Shown here: piece after piece, positions 40,909 to 54,996 of the stretch
How positions within the stretch are numbered: the first letter of the stretch is position 1
Layout of the letters: each line of letters begins with the position of its first letter
Assembly (NCBI GenBank): GCA_964016885.1
Contig: OZ024741.1
Coordinates: 101,990,001 to 102,054,000, forward strand
From: Eledone cirrhosa
Lineage: Eukaryota
Length of the DNA stretch: 64,000 bases
Direction: 5' to 3'
Translations under genes and position numbers: made by a program
Notes under the pieces: model-generated
Told to the model about the DNA's origin: nothing
Database searches by the model: none
The model's input: only the letters and a program-made list of their open reading frames with translations

Positions 40909-41508
40909 AGTTGGGCGCCATGCTTTGACGCATATAGTTACGGCCCTTGAAAGAAGGTTGGATACACTAATGAACTCGTCTGGTCTCACTTACTGATCCA
41001 GCTGGCGTAACATGGGAAGAAGGAGAAGGTAGTAATTTTTGGGGGAGAGGAAAATCAATGAAATCGATCCTAGTACTTTAACTACGACCGAAGAACGATG
41101 AAAGTCAGTAGGATTATATCTTTCCCTAGCGCATTAATGAAACCATAAAATTGATATGTTGTATTATCAGTATCCATACGTAATTTATACATAGGTGAAG
41201 TGAGTGTAGATAAATATAATTATAATTGTTTCTACTTTTTGGCACAAGGCCAGCAAAATACCCAGTGCATTACTGGTACTTTATTTTATCGACCCCATAA
41301 GGATGAAAATAATTATAATGGAGCCAAATATTCACATTAGAAATCGTGGACTACGAAATTTAAAGTTACCTCCCTTGAACAAGATAACAAATACAACCAG
41401 TTTTGTAATTAACAGGTAGTTAACAATTATACTGACAATTTCACTGACAACATAATAATTAGAAAGCAATAGTGTCGATATAGTTAAATATAAGTGTAAC
41501 TAATGGTT

Positions 41509-41603
41509 GCCTCGGTAGCGCAGTAGGCAGCGCGTCAGTCTCATAATCAAAAGTAATATTTGGAGGAATCTGAAGGTCGTGAGTTCGATCCTCACCTGGG
41601 ACA
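41509..41603 (+). tRNA. tRNA-Met-CAT: tRNA-Met(CAT) with intron, one acceptor-stem mismatch
   Basis: The 3' end is CCTGGGACA (G71A); otherwise consensus. Confidence 0.7.
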
Positions 41604-41726
41604 CATTTTTTTTTCATTTTTAGTTCAACAATATTATCTTTTGAAAGAATTAGAAAGCTTACTTCATGAGGCGAGGAGTAGCTATTTCCTAGATTCAGAA
41701 GTAATCGACCATATAATACATGTATT

Positions 41727-41914
41727 GTGGATTGGCAGTATCGGTAGAGGGTCGGACGCCATGCTTTCCAGCATTGATTTACGGCCCTTGCCATTCTGAG
41801 TTCAAATCCCGCCGAGGTTAACTTTGCCTTTCATCCTTACGGGGTCGATAAAATAAAGTACCAGTAATACACTGGTTAATTGCTAGCCTTGTGCCAAAAG
41901 TAGAAACAATTATT
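41727..41914 (+). mobile_element. Full-length Nin-core SINE
   Basis: gtggattggcagtatcggtagag...gagttcaaatccc...gtagaaacaattatta. Confidence 0.88.
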
Positions 41915-42907
41915 AACCAAAGTGTACACTGTAATAATTGATAGTCAGAAATAGAGTCTAATTTCGTATTCTCCCTGAGCCTATTTCAATTCAGCTCTGG
42001 GTTTTACATTTCACAATTGTCAGGATTCCATTTCACAATGGCTTTATGCCTATTGCTTGCTGTGAGGGCCTACATTTTACAGCTGACCAGGGATTATAAC
42101 CAGCTTTAGGGACCTGCATTTCAAAACTGATATGCAATTATAACAAGTTAATTGGCTGCTTACAATTCGCAATTAACTTGGAGGTTTATTCAAAATCTGA
42201 CATGGACCTATTTCCCTAGACCTCGCAACTAACCTATTCGTATTCTCATCTTTAGATGGCTACATTTCACAACTAACCTGGAGCCGAGGTTGACTTTGCC
42301 TTTCATCCTTACGGGGTCGATAAAATAAAGCACCAGTAATGCACTGGGTAATTGCTGGCCTTGTGCCTAACGTAGAAACAATTAATTATAATTAAATGAT
42401 TTATGAATCTCCCTTGTACTATAATAATTTTTAATTTAGGCACATAGCTAGTCATTTTATGGAGAGAATAAAATCTATTAAATCGATGCTAGTACTTTAT
42501 TGGTACTTTATTTTATTGACCCAAGAACGTTGAAAAGGAAAGTCTAATCAGCAGGATTACATCTCTTCTTTACACAACAATAAAATCATGAAATTAATGT
42601 TAAATAATTTATACTTCGATGAGGTGAGTGCATATTAAAAAAGAAAACAACTATAATCGTGCCAAATACACACAATTAAATATCGTAGACTACGGAATTT
42701 AAGGCTACCTCCCTGGAACATGATTGTTTCATAATAAACTTGTAATTAAGAATTTGATAATGTATAATGATGCAGGTAAAAATTATCTATAATTAAAAGA
42801 AAATGATATATACACAATGCAATGTAATACACCGAACATGCGTTGATAACATATCAATTAGAAAGTGTTAGTGTTGATGTAGTTACATAGAAGGAATGTC
42901 ACCAGTT

Positions 42908-42983
42908 ACGCGCGTCTGTCTCATAATCTAAAGTAGTACTTGGAGGAATCTGAAGGTCGTGAGTTCGATCCTCACCTGGGGCA
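42908..42983 (+). pseudogene. tRNA-Met copy lacking the D arm
   Basis: agttac-gcgcgtc deletion; intron and 3' exon intact. Confidence 0.8.
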
Positions 42984-43253
42984 TGATTATATTTCATTTT
43001 TTTTTAGTTCAATTTAAAGTTTACATCATGAAGCGAGGAGTAGATATTTCCTAGATTCAGAAATGATCGACAAAAACAATATGAGTGCTCTAAAAAAAAC
43101 AGGAGGTATAATGAATTAATTGGCAGGTAGATATGTGGTGCATTTCAGATTTCTAATTAAAATTAGATATACACAATGCAGTTAGATATTGTACATGGAC
43201 TGACAATATAGTAATTAGAAAATAGGGGTTCAATATAAGGAGATCCGACAGTT

Positions 43254-43321
43254 GCCTCGGTAGCGCAGTAGACAGCGCGTCAGTCTCATAATCAGAAATA
43301 ATATTTGGAGGAATCTGAAGG
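43254..43321 (+). pseudogene. 3'-truncated tRNA-Met copy
   Basis: Ends at tgaagg, fused to spacer gcgatcaaatagctc. Confidence 0.8.
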
Positions 43322-43437
43322 GCGATCAAATAGCTCTAATTAAAATAAAATTATATATATACAATGCAGTGTTAGACAACGTAGCAATTATAATGTATTA
43401 GTGTTGATGTAGTTAAATAAAAGGTGTGCTGTCAGTT

Positions 43438-43532
43438 GCCTCGGTAGCGCAGTAGGCAGCGCGTCAGTCTCATAATCATTAGTAATACGTGGAGGAATCT
43501 GAAGGTCGTGAGTTCGATCCTCACCTGGGGCA
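43438..43532 (+). tRNA. tRNA-Met-CAT: Elongator tRNA-Met(CAT), intact, 22-nt intron
   Basis: Consensus exons; intron ATCATTAGTAATACGTGGAGGA; long T terminator. Confidence 0.93.
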
Positions 43533-44847
43533 CTACATTTTTTTTTTTTTTTTTTTTAGTTTAATTATATTATTATCTGAACCAATATTATACTCTGAAG
43601 GGCAGTTAAAGCACACTTCACAAGCGAGGGTTAGATATTTTATTTCCTAGATTCAGAAATGATCGACCAAACAATATGACTCATATTAAAAAAGATTGTA
43701 GACTGAATTAATTGGCAGTTAGAAATATGGTGTATTTCATATTTACCAGGGTTAGGATTCTAATTTCACAAAGGACCTAGGAATATTGCCCGCTTTCAGG
43801 GCCTACATTTCATAAACAACCTGGGCCTATACCAGCTCTGAGGCATACGTTTCACATATGACCAGGGTTTATAACCAGCTTTAGGGGTCTACATTTCACA
43901 CCTGACATTCTGTTATAATTAGTTTAGGTTGCCATTTTACCAGTTTTGTAGGTCTATATTTAAAGGCTGACATGGGCCTATCAGCAGTTTAACGTATATT
44001 AATTATAATTAGACGAATCTACGTACTATAATAATGTTTAATCTAGGTACATGTCTAGTCATGTCTGGAGAGAGTATAATGAATTAAATCGATCCCAGTA
44101 CTTTATTGGCATTTTATTTTATCGGCCCAAGAATAATGAAAATCAAAGTTGATATCTGCAAGATTAGATCTCCACTTTACACCATAATAAAACCATGAAA
44201 TTAATATGTCGTATTAATAGTCGCCTTATATAATCTATATGTAGATGAAGTGGATGAGATAAATAAAGAAGCAAAAAATCTATAATCATCTGCAGTATAT
44301 ACAATTCAGCTCATCAGCATCGCTGCGAGTGTGCTGGCTTGCCAAAAAAATCTTTCGAGCGGTTTCCCAGTACGCGTGACGTTGCTATCTTTTGCTCTGG
44401 TTTTGGCTCCGTTGTTCACCCCTTCCTTTACATTTCTTTAATATTGTAACATTAAAACACTATATCTTTCTGAAAGAATCGCGAGCTATTTATAATGTTG
44501 CCTAAGCATTTGTAATGTTATTTATGTATATATTTAAAACATATTTGTTATGTTATTCTACTGTAAATTTATTTATATGCTCTGTTTATATTTTCATTCT
44601 GAAAGAATTGCAAACGATTTGTAATGTATATACGATTAGAAGTCGTAGACTAGGGAATTTAAGTTACCTCCCTTGAACAAGATTAAAAATCCAACCAATT
44701 TTGTAAATAACATGTAATTAAGAATGAGATAAAATATAATAAAAATGTAAATATAGCCCTAATTAAAATAAAATTAGATACAAACAATATGGGCTGACAA
44801 CATAGGAATTAGAAAATAGTTGTTCAATATAAGAAATTTCGTCAGTT

Positions 44848-44942
44848 GCCTCGGTAGCGCAGTAGGCCGCGAGTCAGTCTCATAATCGGTAGTAATACTT
44901 GGAGGAATCTGAAGATCGTGAGTTCGATCCTCACCTGGGGCA
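44848..44942 (+). pseudogene. tRNA-Met(CAT) copy with intron, 3 exon substitutions
   Basis: aggccgcgag and gaagatc variants. Confidence 0.75.
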
Positions 44943-45492
44943 CATTTTTTTTAGTTCAACAATATTATCCACTTAACAAATTATAAAGCTTACTTCATGA
45001 AGCGAAGAGTAGATATTTCCTACATTTAGAAATGATCAACCATACAATATGTGTTCTATTAAACAAATGTACACTGAAATAATTGGCAGTGAGAAATCTG
45101 GTGTAAACTTCATATTTTGCAGGTTTAAGACCTTCTTTTCACAGCTAACGTGGGTATATTGCTCGTTTTGAGGGTCTATATCTCGAACACAAACTTGACC
45201 TATTACGTTCTCTGTGGCCAACATTTCACAACTGATAAGGTATTATAACCAGTTTTATGGGTATACATTTTACAACTGACCAGGGAGTATTTTGAGGCCT
45301 ACATTTCACATTTACTAAGCAGGTTATAATCACTGGTGAAATGTAGGCCCCAAACGCTGGTTACACATTCTGGTTATTTGTAATATGTAGAACTCAGGAC
45401 TGGTAAGTGGCACAGATTGTTTAAATAATGTAGGTCCTCATAGCAATAAATGTACACGCACACACATATACGTGCGCGCGCACACGCACACA

Positions 45493-45599
<107 letters not shown>

Positions 45600-45814
45600 C
45601 TATCATGCGCAATAAGCATAATTAGAAATTATAATAAGATTGAAATTTGTAATGAACTTCTAATTAACAATTACATAAATTATAATGAAGTAGGTAACAA
45701 ATATCTCTAATTAAAATAAGATATACACAATACGGTGTTAGACACCGTATTGACAATATAGCAATTAGAAAGTGGTAGTGTTGATGTAGTTAAATATAAG
45801 ACGCATTACCAGTT

Positions 45815-45909
45815 GCCTCGGTAGCGCAGTAGGCAGCGCGTCAGTCTCATGATCAAAAGTAATTCTTGGAGGAATCTGAAGGTCGTGAGTTCGATCCTCA
45901 CCTGCGGCA
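45815..45909 (+). pseudogene. tRNA-Met(CAT) copy with intron, A37G and G69C
   Basis: CTCATG, CCTGCGGCA. Confidence 0.7.
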
Positions 45910-46578
45910 CATTTATTTCTTTTTTTTAGTTCAACAATATTACATTTAGAAGCTTACTTCATGAAGCGAGGAGTAGCTATTTCGTAGATTCAGAAGTAAT
46001 CAACTATATAATATATGTATTATTAATCAAAGTGTACACTGTATTAACTGATAGTCAGAAATAGTAATAGGGTCTAATTTCGTATTCTGCCTGAACCTAT
46101 TCCAATTCAGCTCTGGGTTTGAGACTTCACAGATGACTTGGTTGTAATACTAGCTTTGGGAGCCTATATTTCACAACAGATGTGGGCCTGGTACCATTTT
46201 TGGCGGCGTACATCATACATTTGTCCTGAGCCTATTACTTCTTTGTGGGATTACATTTCAAAGCTATCTGGGTTTATTAGCAGTTTCGGAAACCTGCATT
46301 TCACAAATGGATTGGTCTTATCATCAGCTTTATGTGCCTATATTTCAAAACACACCTAGCCCTATTACCATTGTTAGGGTCTACATTTCACAACTAACCT
46401 GGAGCTAGTACCAGCTTTGGGCAAATTGACAAATTTCTTTGAATTCGGCACAGTTTCTTACATCTCACCTGTTCTTATATCGTGATGTACACTGTCATGA
46501 TTGTAAGTGCGGTGAAATAGCAATATCTATAAATGACGTTGTGGTGTTTAGTTAATCCCCTTTATGATAAGATATGTG

Positions 46579-46770
46579 GGTGGAATGGCAGTATTGGTAG
46601 AAGGTCGGACGCCATGCTTTGCAGCAAAGAGTTACGTCCCTTTATGGTCTGAGTTCAAATCCCGCCGAGGTTAACTTTGCCTTTCATCCTTACGGGGTCG
46701 ATAAAATAAAGCACCAGTAACTCACTGGGATAATTGCTGGTCTTGTGCCAAATGTAGAAACAATTAATTA
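46579..46770 (+). mobile_element. Full-length Nin-core SINE (a partial duplicate lies at 42283-42388)
   Basis: A/B boxes, core and tail. Confidence 0.85.
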
Positions 46771-47287
46771 TAATTAAATGATTTATGAATCTCCCTTGTA
46801 CTATAATAATTTTTAATTTAGGCACATAGCTAGTCATTTTATGGAGAGAATAAAATCTATTAAATCGATGCTAGTACTTTATTGGTACTTATTTTATTGA
46901 CCCAAGAACGTTGAAAAGGAAAGTCTAATCAGCAGGATTACATCTCTTCTTTACACAACAATAAAATCATGAAATTAATGTTAAATAATTTATACTTCGA
47001 TGAGGTGAGTGCATATTAAAAAAAACAACAACTATAATCGTGCCAAATACACACAATTAAATATCGTAGACTACGGAATTTAAGGCTACCTCCCTGGAAC
47101 ATGATTGTTTCATAATAAACTTGTAATTAAGAATTTGATAATGTATAATGATGCAGGTAAAAATTATCTATAATTAAAAGAAAATGATATATACACAATG
47201 CAATGTAATAACCGAACATGGGTTGATAACATATCAATTAGAAAGTGTTAGTATTGATGTAGTTACATAGAAGGAATGTCACCAGTT

Positions 47288-47382
47288 ACCTTGGTAGTGC
47301 AGTAGGCAGCGTGTCAGTCTCATAATCGAATGTAATACTTGGAAGAATCTGAAGGTCGTGAGTTCGATCCTCACCTGGGGCA
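47288..47382 (+). pseudogene. Degenerate tRNA-Met copy with intron
   Basis: G1A and several CpG transitions in the 5' exon. Confidence 0.8.
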
Positions 47383-47673
47383 TGATTATATTTCATTTTT
47401 TTTTAGTTCAATTATATTATTCTCTGAAGGCATTTAAAGTTTACATCATGAAGCGAGGAGTAGATATTTCCTAGATTCAGAAATGATCGACAAAAACAAT
47501 ATGAGTGCTCTAAAAAAAACAGGAGGTATAATGAATTAATTGGCAGGTAGATATGTGGTGCATTTCAGATTTCTAATTAAAATTAGATATACACAATGCA
47601 GTTAGATATTGTACATGGACTGACAATATAGTAATTAGAAAATAGGGGTTCAATATAAGGAGATCCGACAGTT

Positions 47674-47741
47674 GCCTCGGTAGCGCAGTAGACAGCGCGT
47701 CAGTCTCATAATCAGAAATAATATTTGGAGGAATCTGAAGG
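47674..47741 (+). pseudogene. 3'-truncated tRNA-Met copy (duplicate of 43254)
   Basis: Identical junction. Confidence 0.8.
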
Positions 47742-47857
47742 GCGATCAAATAGCTCTAATTAAAATAAAATTATATATATACAATGCAGTGTTAGACAAC
47801 GTAGCAATTATAATGTATTAGTGTTGATGTAGTTAAATAAAAGGTGTGCTGTCAGTT

Positions 47858-47952
47858 GCCTCGGTAGCGCAGAAGGCAGCGCGTCAGTCTCATAATCATT
47901 AGTAATACTTGGAGGAATCTGAAGGTCGTGAGTTCGATCCTCACCTGGGGCA
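47858..47952 (+). tRNA. tRNA-Met-CAT: tRNA-Met(CAT) with intron, one D-loop substitution
   Basis: GCAGAAGG instead of GCAGTAGG; stems intact. Confidence 0.82.
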
Positions 47953-48675
47953 CTACTTTTTATTTTTTTTTAGTTTAATTATATTATTATCTGAAACAAT
48001 GATATTATACTCTGAGGGGCAATTAAAGCACACTTCACAAGCGAGGGTTAGATATTTTATTTCCTAGATTCACAAATGATCAACCGTACATTATGTGTTC
48101 TATTAAACAAAATGTACACTGAATTGATTGGCATTTATTAATGTGGAGTACATTTCTCATTTACCAGGCTTAGCGCCTTCATTTAACAACGCTTTGTGGG
48201 CCTATATTTCATAAACAATCTGGGCTTATTACCTGCCCTTAGACCTATATTCCACAACTAATAAAGGAGTATAACCAGATTTAGGTGTCTACATTTCAAA
48301 GCTGCGCCTATTATTATTCTGAAGTCACCTGAGCTCACAATTAACCTGGTCCTATTAACCGCTTTAGATGGCTACATTTCACAACTAATCTGGGCTTATT
48401 AATATTTTGGGGCCTACATTTCACAACTAACTTCTAACTATTTCCATCTTTTGTGACTTGAATTTCACAACTCACTTAAGCAAATACAGAAATTTCCTTA
48501 CGGATGGCACTGCAATTCACCTGTTCTTATATTGTGGATTACAAGGTCATGGTTTTAAGGGCGATGAAATAGCTCTAATTAAAATAAAATCATATATACA
48601 CAATATAGTGTTGACAACATAGCAATTAGAATGTGTTAGTGTTGATGTAGTTAAAAAAAAGACGCACTGCTAGTT

Positions 48676-48770
48676 GCCTCGGTAGCGCAGTAGGCAGCGC
48701 GTCAGTCTCATAATCATTAGTAACAATTGGAGGAATCTGAAGGTCGTGAGTTCGATCCTCACCTGGGGCA
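48676..48770 (+). tRNA. tRNA-Met-CAT: Elongator tRNA-Met(CAT), intact, 22-nt intron
   Basis: Consensus exons; intron ATCATTAGTAACAATTGGAGGA. Confidence 0.93.
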
Positions 48771-50146
48771 CTTATTTTATTTCAATTTTTTCAGTTTAAT
48801 TATATTATCCACTGAAGGCATTTAAAGGTGACATCATTAAGCGAGGAGTAGATATTTCGTAGATTCAGAAATGATCGACCAAACAATATGACTCATATTA
48901 AAAAAGATTGTAGACTGAATTAATTGGCAGTTAGAAATATGGTGTATTTCATATTTACCAGGGTTAGGATTCTAATTTCACAAAGGACCTAGGAATATTG
49001 CCCGCTTTCAGGGCCTACATTTCATAAACAACCTGGGCCTATACCAGCTCTGAGGCATACGTTTCACATATGACCAGGGTTTATAACCAGCTTTAGGGGT
49101 CTATATTTCACACCTGACATTCTGTTATAATTAGTTTAGGTTGCCATTTTACCAGTTTTGTAGGTCTATATTTAAAGGCTGACATGGGCCTATCAGCAGT
49201 TTAACGTATATTAATTATAATTAGACGAATCTACGTACTATAATAATGTTTAATCTAGGTACATGTCTAGTCATGTCTGGAGAGAGTATAATGAATTAAA
49301 TCGATCCCAGTACTTTATTGGCATTTTATTTTATCGGCCCAAGAATAATGAAAATCAAAGTTGATATCTGCAAGATTAGATCTCCACTTTACACCATAAT
49401 AAAACCATGAAATTAATATGTCGTATTAATAGTCGCCATATATAATCTATATGTAGATGAAGTGGATGAGATAAATAAAGAAGCAAAACATCTATAATCA
49501 TCTGCAATATATACAATTCAGCGCATCAGCCTCGCCATCACCCGAGGCAACGCTGCGAGTGTGCTGGCTTGCCAAAAAAATCATTAGAGAGGTTGCCCAG
49601 TACGCTTGACGTTGCTATCTTTTGCTCTGGTGTTGGCTCCGTTGTTCACCCCTTCCTTTACATTTTCTTTAATATTGTAACATTAAAAGAATATATCTTT
49701 CTGAAAGAATCGCGAGCTATTTATAATGTTGTCTAAGCATTTGTAATGTTATTTATGTATATATTTAAAACATATTTGTTATGTTATTCTACTGTAAATT
49801 TATTTATATGCTCTGTTTATATTTTCATTCTGAAAGAATTGCAAACGATTTGTAATGTATATACGATTTGAAGTCGTAGACTAGGGAATTTAGGTTACCT
49901 CCCTTGAACAAGATTAAAAATCCAACCAATTTTGTAAATAACATGTAATTAAGAATGAGATAAAATATAATAAAAATGTAAATATAGCCCTAATTAAAAT
50001 AAAATTAGATACAAACAATGCAGTGCTAGATATTGTACATGGGCTGACAACATAGGAATTAGAAAATAGTTGTTCAAGATAAGAAATTTTGTCAGGTGGA
50101 AAATAAAGAATAATATTATTGAACTAAAAAAGATATGAAATATTAG

Positions 50147-50241
50147 GGCCCCATGTGAGGATCGAACTCACGACCTTCAGATTCCTCTAAGTATTACTTC
50201 TGTTTATGAGACTGACGCGCTACCTACTGCGTCACCGAAGC
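50147..50241 (-). pseudogene. Degenerate inverted tRNA-Met copy (paralog of 54902)
   Basis: Shares GGTGACG and intron AACAGAAG with 54902. Confidence 0.8.
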
Positions 50242-50800
50242 AACTGACGTGTTATTGTATATTTAATTATGAGGGCCTAAATTCAAAATCTGACCTGGGC
50301 CTATTACCAGGCTGGTGTCACTAAACATCGCAACTAACCTCGTCGTATTTTCATCTTTAGATGCCTACATTTAACAACTAACCTGGAGCTAGTACCAGCT
50401 TTGGGTTCCAGCATTTCACACCTCACCTGACCAAATTGACATATTTCTTTGAAGCCGACACAGTTTTTTATATCTCACCTATTCTTATACGATGATAAGG
50501 TTATTATTGTAAGTGCTGTGAAATAGCAAAATCTCTAAACGAGGTTCAAAATATTTATGGTGTTTAGTGGATTCTCTTTATGACAACAATCATGCGCAAT
50601 ATACACAATTAGAGGTTATAATAAAATTGAAATTAGCTTGTAATTAACAATTAGATAAATTATGATGAAGAAGGTAAACAATATCTCTAATTAAAATAAG
50701 ATATACACAATGCAGTGTAAGACACCGTATATTGGTTGACAACATAACAATTAGAAAGTGATAGTGCTGATGTAGTAACATATAAGGAACGTCCACAACA

Positions 50801-50895
50801 GTCTCGGTAGCGCAGTAGACAGCGCGTCAGTCTCATAATCGTTAGTAATACTTGGAGGAATCTGAAGGTCGTGAGTCAGATACTCACCTAGGGCA
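50801..50895 (+). pseudogene. Degenerate tRNA-Met copy, B box broken
   Basis: gagtcagatac. Confidence 0.8.
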
Positions 50896-50920
50896 CTAGT
50901 TTGATTATATTATTATCTGA

Positions 50921-51488
50921 GGGTCGGACGCCATGCTTTGACGTATAGAGTTACGGCCCTTGCCATTCTGAGTTCAAATCCCGCCGAGGTTAACTTTGCC
51001 TTTCATCCTTAGGGGGTCGATAAAATAAAGTACCACTGGGTAATTGCTGGCCTTGTGCCTAACGTAGAAACAATTATTATCTGAGCCAATGGTGAATTGG
51101 CAGTATCGGTAGAGGGTCGGACGCCATGCTTTCTAGCATAGTTATGTCCCTTTATGATCTGAGTTCAAATCCCGCCGAGGTTAACTTTGCCTTTCATCCT
51201 TACGGGGTCGATAAAATAAAGTACCAGTAATGTACTGGTTAATTGCTGGCCTTGTGTCAAAAAGTAGAAACAATTATTATCTGAGCCAATTAGTGCGGTG
51301 GATTGGCAGTATCGGTAGAGGGTCTGACGCTATGCTTTGCAGCATAGAGTTACGGCCCTTTATGATCTGAGTTCAAATCCCGCCGAGGTTAACTTTGCCT
51401 TTCATCCTTACGGGGTCGATAAAATAAAGTACCAGTAATACACTGGGATAATTGCTGGCCTTGTACCAAAAGTAGAAACAATTATTAT
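50921..51488 (+). mobile_element. Three head-to-tail Nin-core SINEs (50921-51080, 51091-51280, 51298-51488)
   Basis: Each is followed by attattatctgagccaat. Confidence 0.9.
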
Positions 51489-51935
51489 CTGAGCCAATGA
51501 TATTATACTCTGAAGGGCAGTTAAAGCATACTTCACTAAGCACGAAGTAGATATTTCCTAGATTCAGAAATGATCAACCATACATTATGTGTTCTATTAA
51601 ACAAAATGTACACTAAATTGATTGGTATTTAGTAATGTGGAGTATATTTCACATTTACCAGTTTTAGCGCCTTCATTTCACAACATACTATTGACTGCTT
51701 TGTGGGCCAACATTTTATAAACAATCTGGGCTTATTACCTGCTCTGAGGCTACATTCCACAACTGACAAAGGAGTATAACAGGAGGTATACTGAATTAAT
51801 TGGCAGGTAGATATGTGGTGTATTTCAGATTTCTAATTAGAATTAAATACACACAATGCATTGTTAGATATTGTACATGGGCTGTCAACATAGGAATTAG
51901 AAAATAGTTGTTCAATATAAGAAATTTCTGCAGTC

Positions 51936-52030
51936 GCCTCGGTAGCGCAGTAGGCAGCGCGCCAGTCTCATAATCGTTCGTAATACTTGGAAGAATCTGA
52001 AGGTTGTGAGTTCGATCCTCACCTGGGGCA
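51936..52030 (+). pseudogene. tRNA-Met(CAT) copy with intron, 2 exon substitutions, anticodon-intron G lost
   Basis: T27C, C48T; the intron ends GGAAGA. Confidence 0.72.
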
Positions 52031-52576
52031 CTATTTTTCTTTTCTTTTTTTAGTTTGATTATATTATTATCTGAGCCAATAATATTATACTCTGAAGGGC
52101 ATTTATAAACAATATTTTATAAACAATCTGGGCTTATTACCTGCTCCGAGGCTACATTCTACAACTGACAAAGGAATATAACCAGATTTAGGTGTCTACA
52201 TTTCAGAGCTGACGTGGGCTTGTTACTAATCTGGGGTCACAAAAGCTCACAATTAACCTGGTCCTATTACCCGCTTTAGATACCTACATTTCACAACTCA
52301 TCTGGGCTTATTAATATTTTGGGGTCTACATTTCACAATTAACCTCTAACTATTACCACCTTTTTGACTTGCATTTCACATCTGACCAAAGCAAATATAG
52401 AAATTTCTTTACAGAGGGCGCTGTTCTTATATCGTGGATTACCAGGTCTTAGTTTCAAAGGCGATGAAATAGCTCTAATTAAAGCAAAATCATATATACA
52501 CAATATAGTGTTAGACAATATAGCAATTAGAATGTGTTAGTGTTGATGTAGTTAAATAAAAGCAGTACTGTTAGTT

Positions 52577-52671
52577 TCCTCGGTAGCGCAGTAGACAGCG
52601 CGTCAGTATCATAATTGAATGTTATACTTGGAGGAATCTGAAGGTCGTGAGTTCGATCCTCAGCTGGGGCA
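52577..52671 (+). pseudogene. Degenerate tRNA-Met copy
   Basis: G1T, D-loop GG>GA, C32A, cagctgg. Confidence 0.8.
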
Positions 52672-53551
52672 CGATTTTTTCTAATTTTATTTCAATTTTT
52701 TAGTTCAATTATATTATCCACTGAAGGCATTTAAAGTTTTCTTCATGAACCGAGGAGTAGATATTTCGTAGATTCAGAAATGATCGACCAAACAATATGT
52801 GTCATATTAAAAAAGAGTGTACACTGAATTAATTGGCTGGTAGAAATATGGTGTATTTCATATTTACTAGGATTAGGATACTAATTTTACAAAGGACCTA
52901 GAGGTATTGCACGTTTTCAGGGCCTACATTTCATAAACAACCTGGGCCTATAACTAGCTCTGGGGCATACGTTTCACAACTGACCAGGGTTTATAACCAG
53001 CTTTAGGGGCCTACATTTCACATCTGACTTTCGGTTATAATTAGTTTTGGTTGCCATTTTGCCAGTTTTGGGGACCTATATTTAAAGGCTGACATGGGCT
53101 TATCAGCAGTATGGGTTCCTTAGACCTTATAAATAAGCTGCTACTACTACCAGCTTTAGCTGCCTACACTTCATGACTGATCTGGCCCTATAACTAGTTT
53201 TACTAGTTTGATCCTACATTTCACAACTAACCTCTGACAATTACCAGCTTTGGAGTCCTACACGTCAAATCATACCTGGGCCAATTTACAGATTCCTTTA
53301 CAGACGGCTATGCATTTTGCACCTCAACTGTCCTAATATAGTGACGTACACTGTCATGATTGTAAGTGCGATAAAATAGCAATGTCTCTAAATTATGTTC
53401 AAAATATTTTGTGGTGTTTAGTTAACTCCCTTTATGGTAACATATGTTATGTTACAGATTAACGTATAGTGTCGGACAATAAAATTAGATACAAACAACG
53501 CAGTGTTAGATATTGTACAGGGGCTGACAACATAGGAATCAGAAAATAGTT

Positions 53552-53645
53552 GCTCGGTAGCGCAGTAGGCCGCGCGTCAGTCTCATAATCGGAGGTAATA
53601 CTTGGAGGAATCTGGAGGTCGTGAGTTCGATCCTCACCTGGGGCA
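53552..53645 (+). pseudogene. tRNA-Met copy with deleted proximal 5' flank
   Basis: aatagttg-ctcggtag junction; two further substitutions. Confidence 0.78.
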
Positions 53646-54901
53646 CATTTCTTTCGTTTTTAGTTCAACAATATTACATTTTGAAGGAATTAGAAAGCTA
53701 CTTCATGAAACGAGGAGGAGATATTTCCTAGATTCAGAAGTAATCAACTATATATGTATTATTAATCAAAGTGTACACTGTATTAATTGATAGTCAGAAA
53801 TAGGGTCTAATTTAGTATTCTATCTGAGCCTATTCCAATTCAGCTCTGGGTGTTACGCTTCACAAATGACTTGGTTGTAATATTATCTTTGTGGGCCTAT
53901 ATTTCACAACAGATGTGGGCCTGGTACCATTTTGGGGGCGTACATCATGCATTTGTCCTGGGCTTATTACTTCTTTGTGGGTCTACATTTCAAAAGTGAT
54001 CTACGTTCATTAGCAATTTTGGAAACTTGTATTTCACAAATGGACTGGTCTTATCATTAGCTTTGGATTTTTGTTTGCACTCACCTAGCCCTTTTACCAT
54101 TTTTGGGGTCTACATTTCACAAATGTCCTCGGCCTTTACCATTTTGGGGGCCTACAATTCACAAATGAGGTGAGACTATTAGTAGCATTGGTATCCACAT
54201 CTCACCTCTCACCTGGGCGTATCAGCTGGTTTGCACAGTCTTGATTGTAAGTTCGATGAAATCGTTCAAAATATTTTCCCCAGTACTATAGTTTATGTTA
54301 CATTAAAGATTCACTTATAGAAATAATAAAACGAAATAATTCCGAATGTAAGTTTATCTCCCTTGCATCAGAATGTAATCTTAAACGTTACAATAACTAT
54401 GTATTCACGGTTTGACACATAATATATAATTTTATGAAGTGAATGCAAATAACAATTTATATTCTCAATTAGAAATCGCAGAGAATGAAGTCTCCACGAC
54501 CTCAATTATGGATTTTTATTTGCACCTTAATTACAAAGTGGTAAACGTTAATACATGTTTCCCGCAAAAATGTTTTAAAGGTCCAGGGCAATTGTGAAAT
54601 GTAGGCTCACAGAACTGGTAATAGTCTCAGGTTAGTTGTGAAATGTAAAACCCAAACTAGTAATAGGCCCACGTCACCTATTTAATGTAAGCATCCCAAA
54701 CCAGTAATATGACTGGAAAATTTTATATCACCCTCACCAACCCCTCCAACCTAAGAATTTTTAAAAGGTCAGGTCAAATGTTGGCTCCAATAACTGGTTA
54801 GAATTCCATATCATATACAGGACTATAAAGCTGGTTATAAGACCTGGTCAGGTCGAAAATAAAGAATAATATTATTGAAGTAAAAATATATGGAATATTA
54901 G

Positions 54902-54996
54902 TGCCCCAGGTGAGGATCGAACTCACGACCTTCAGATTCCTCTAAGTATTACTTCTGTTTATGAGACTGACGCGCTACCTACTGCGTCACCGAGGC
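54902..54996 (-). pseudogene. Inverted tRNA-Met(CAT) copy with intron and altered A box
   Basis: GCCTCGGTGACGCAGTAGGTAGCG...; 3' exon intact. Confidence 0.75.
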
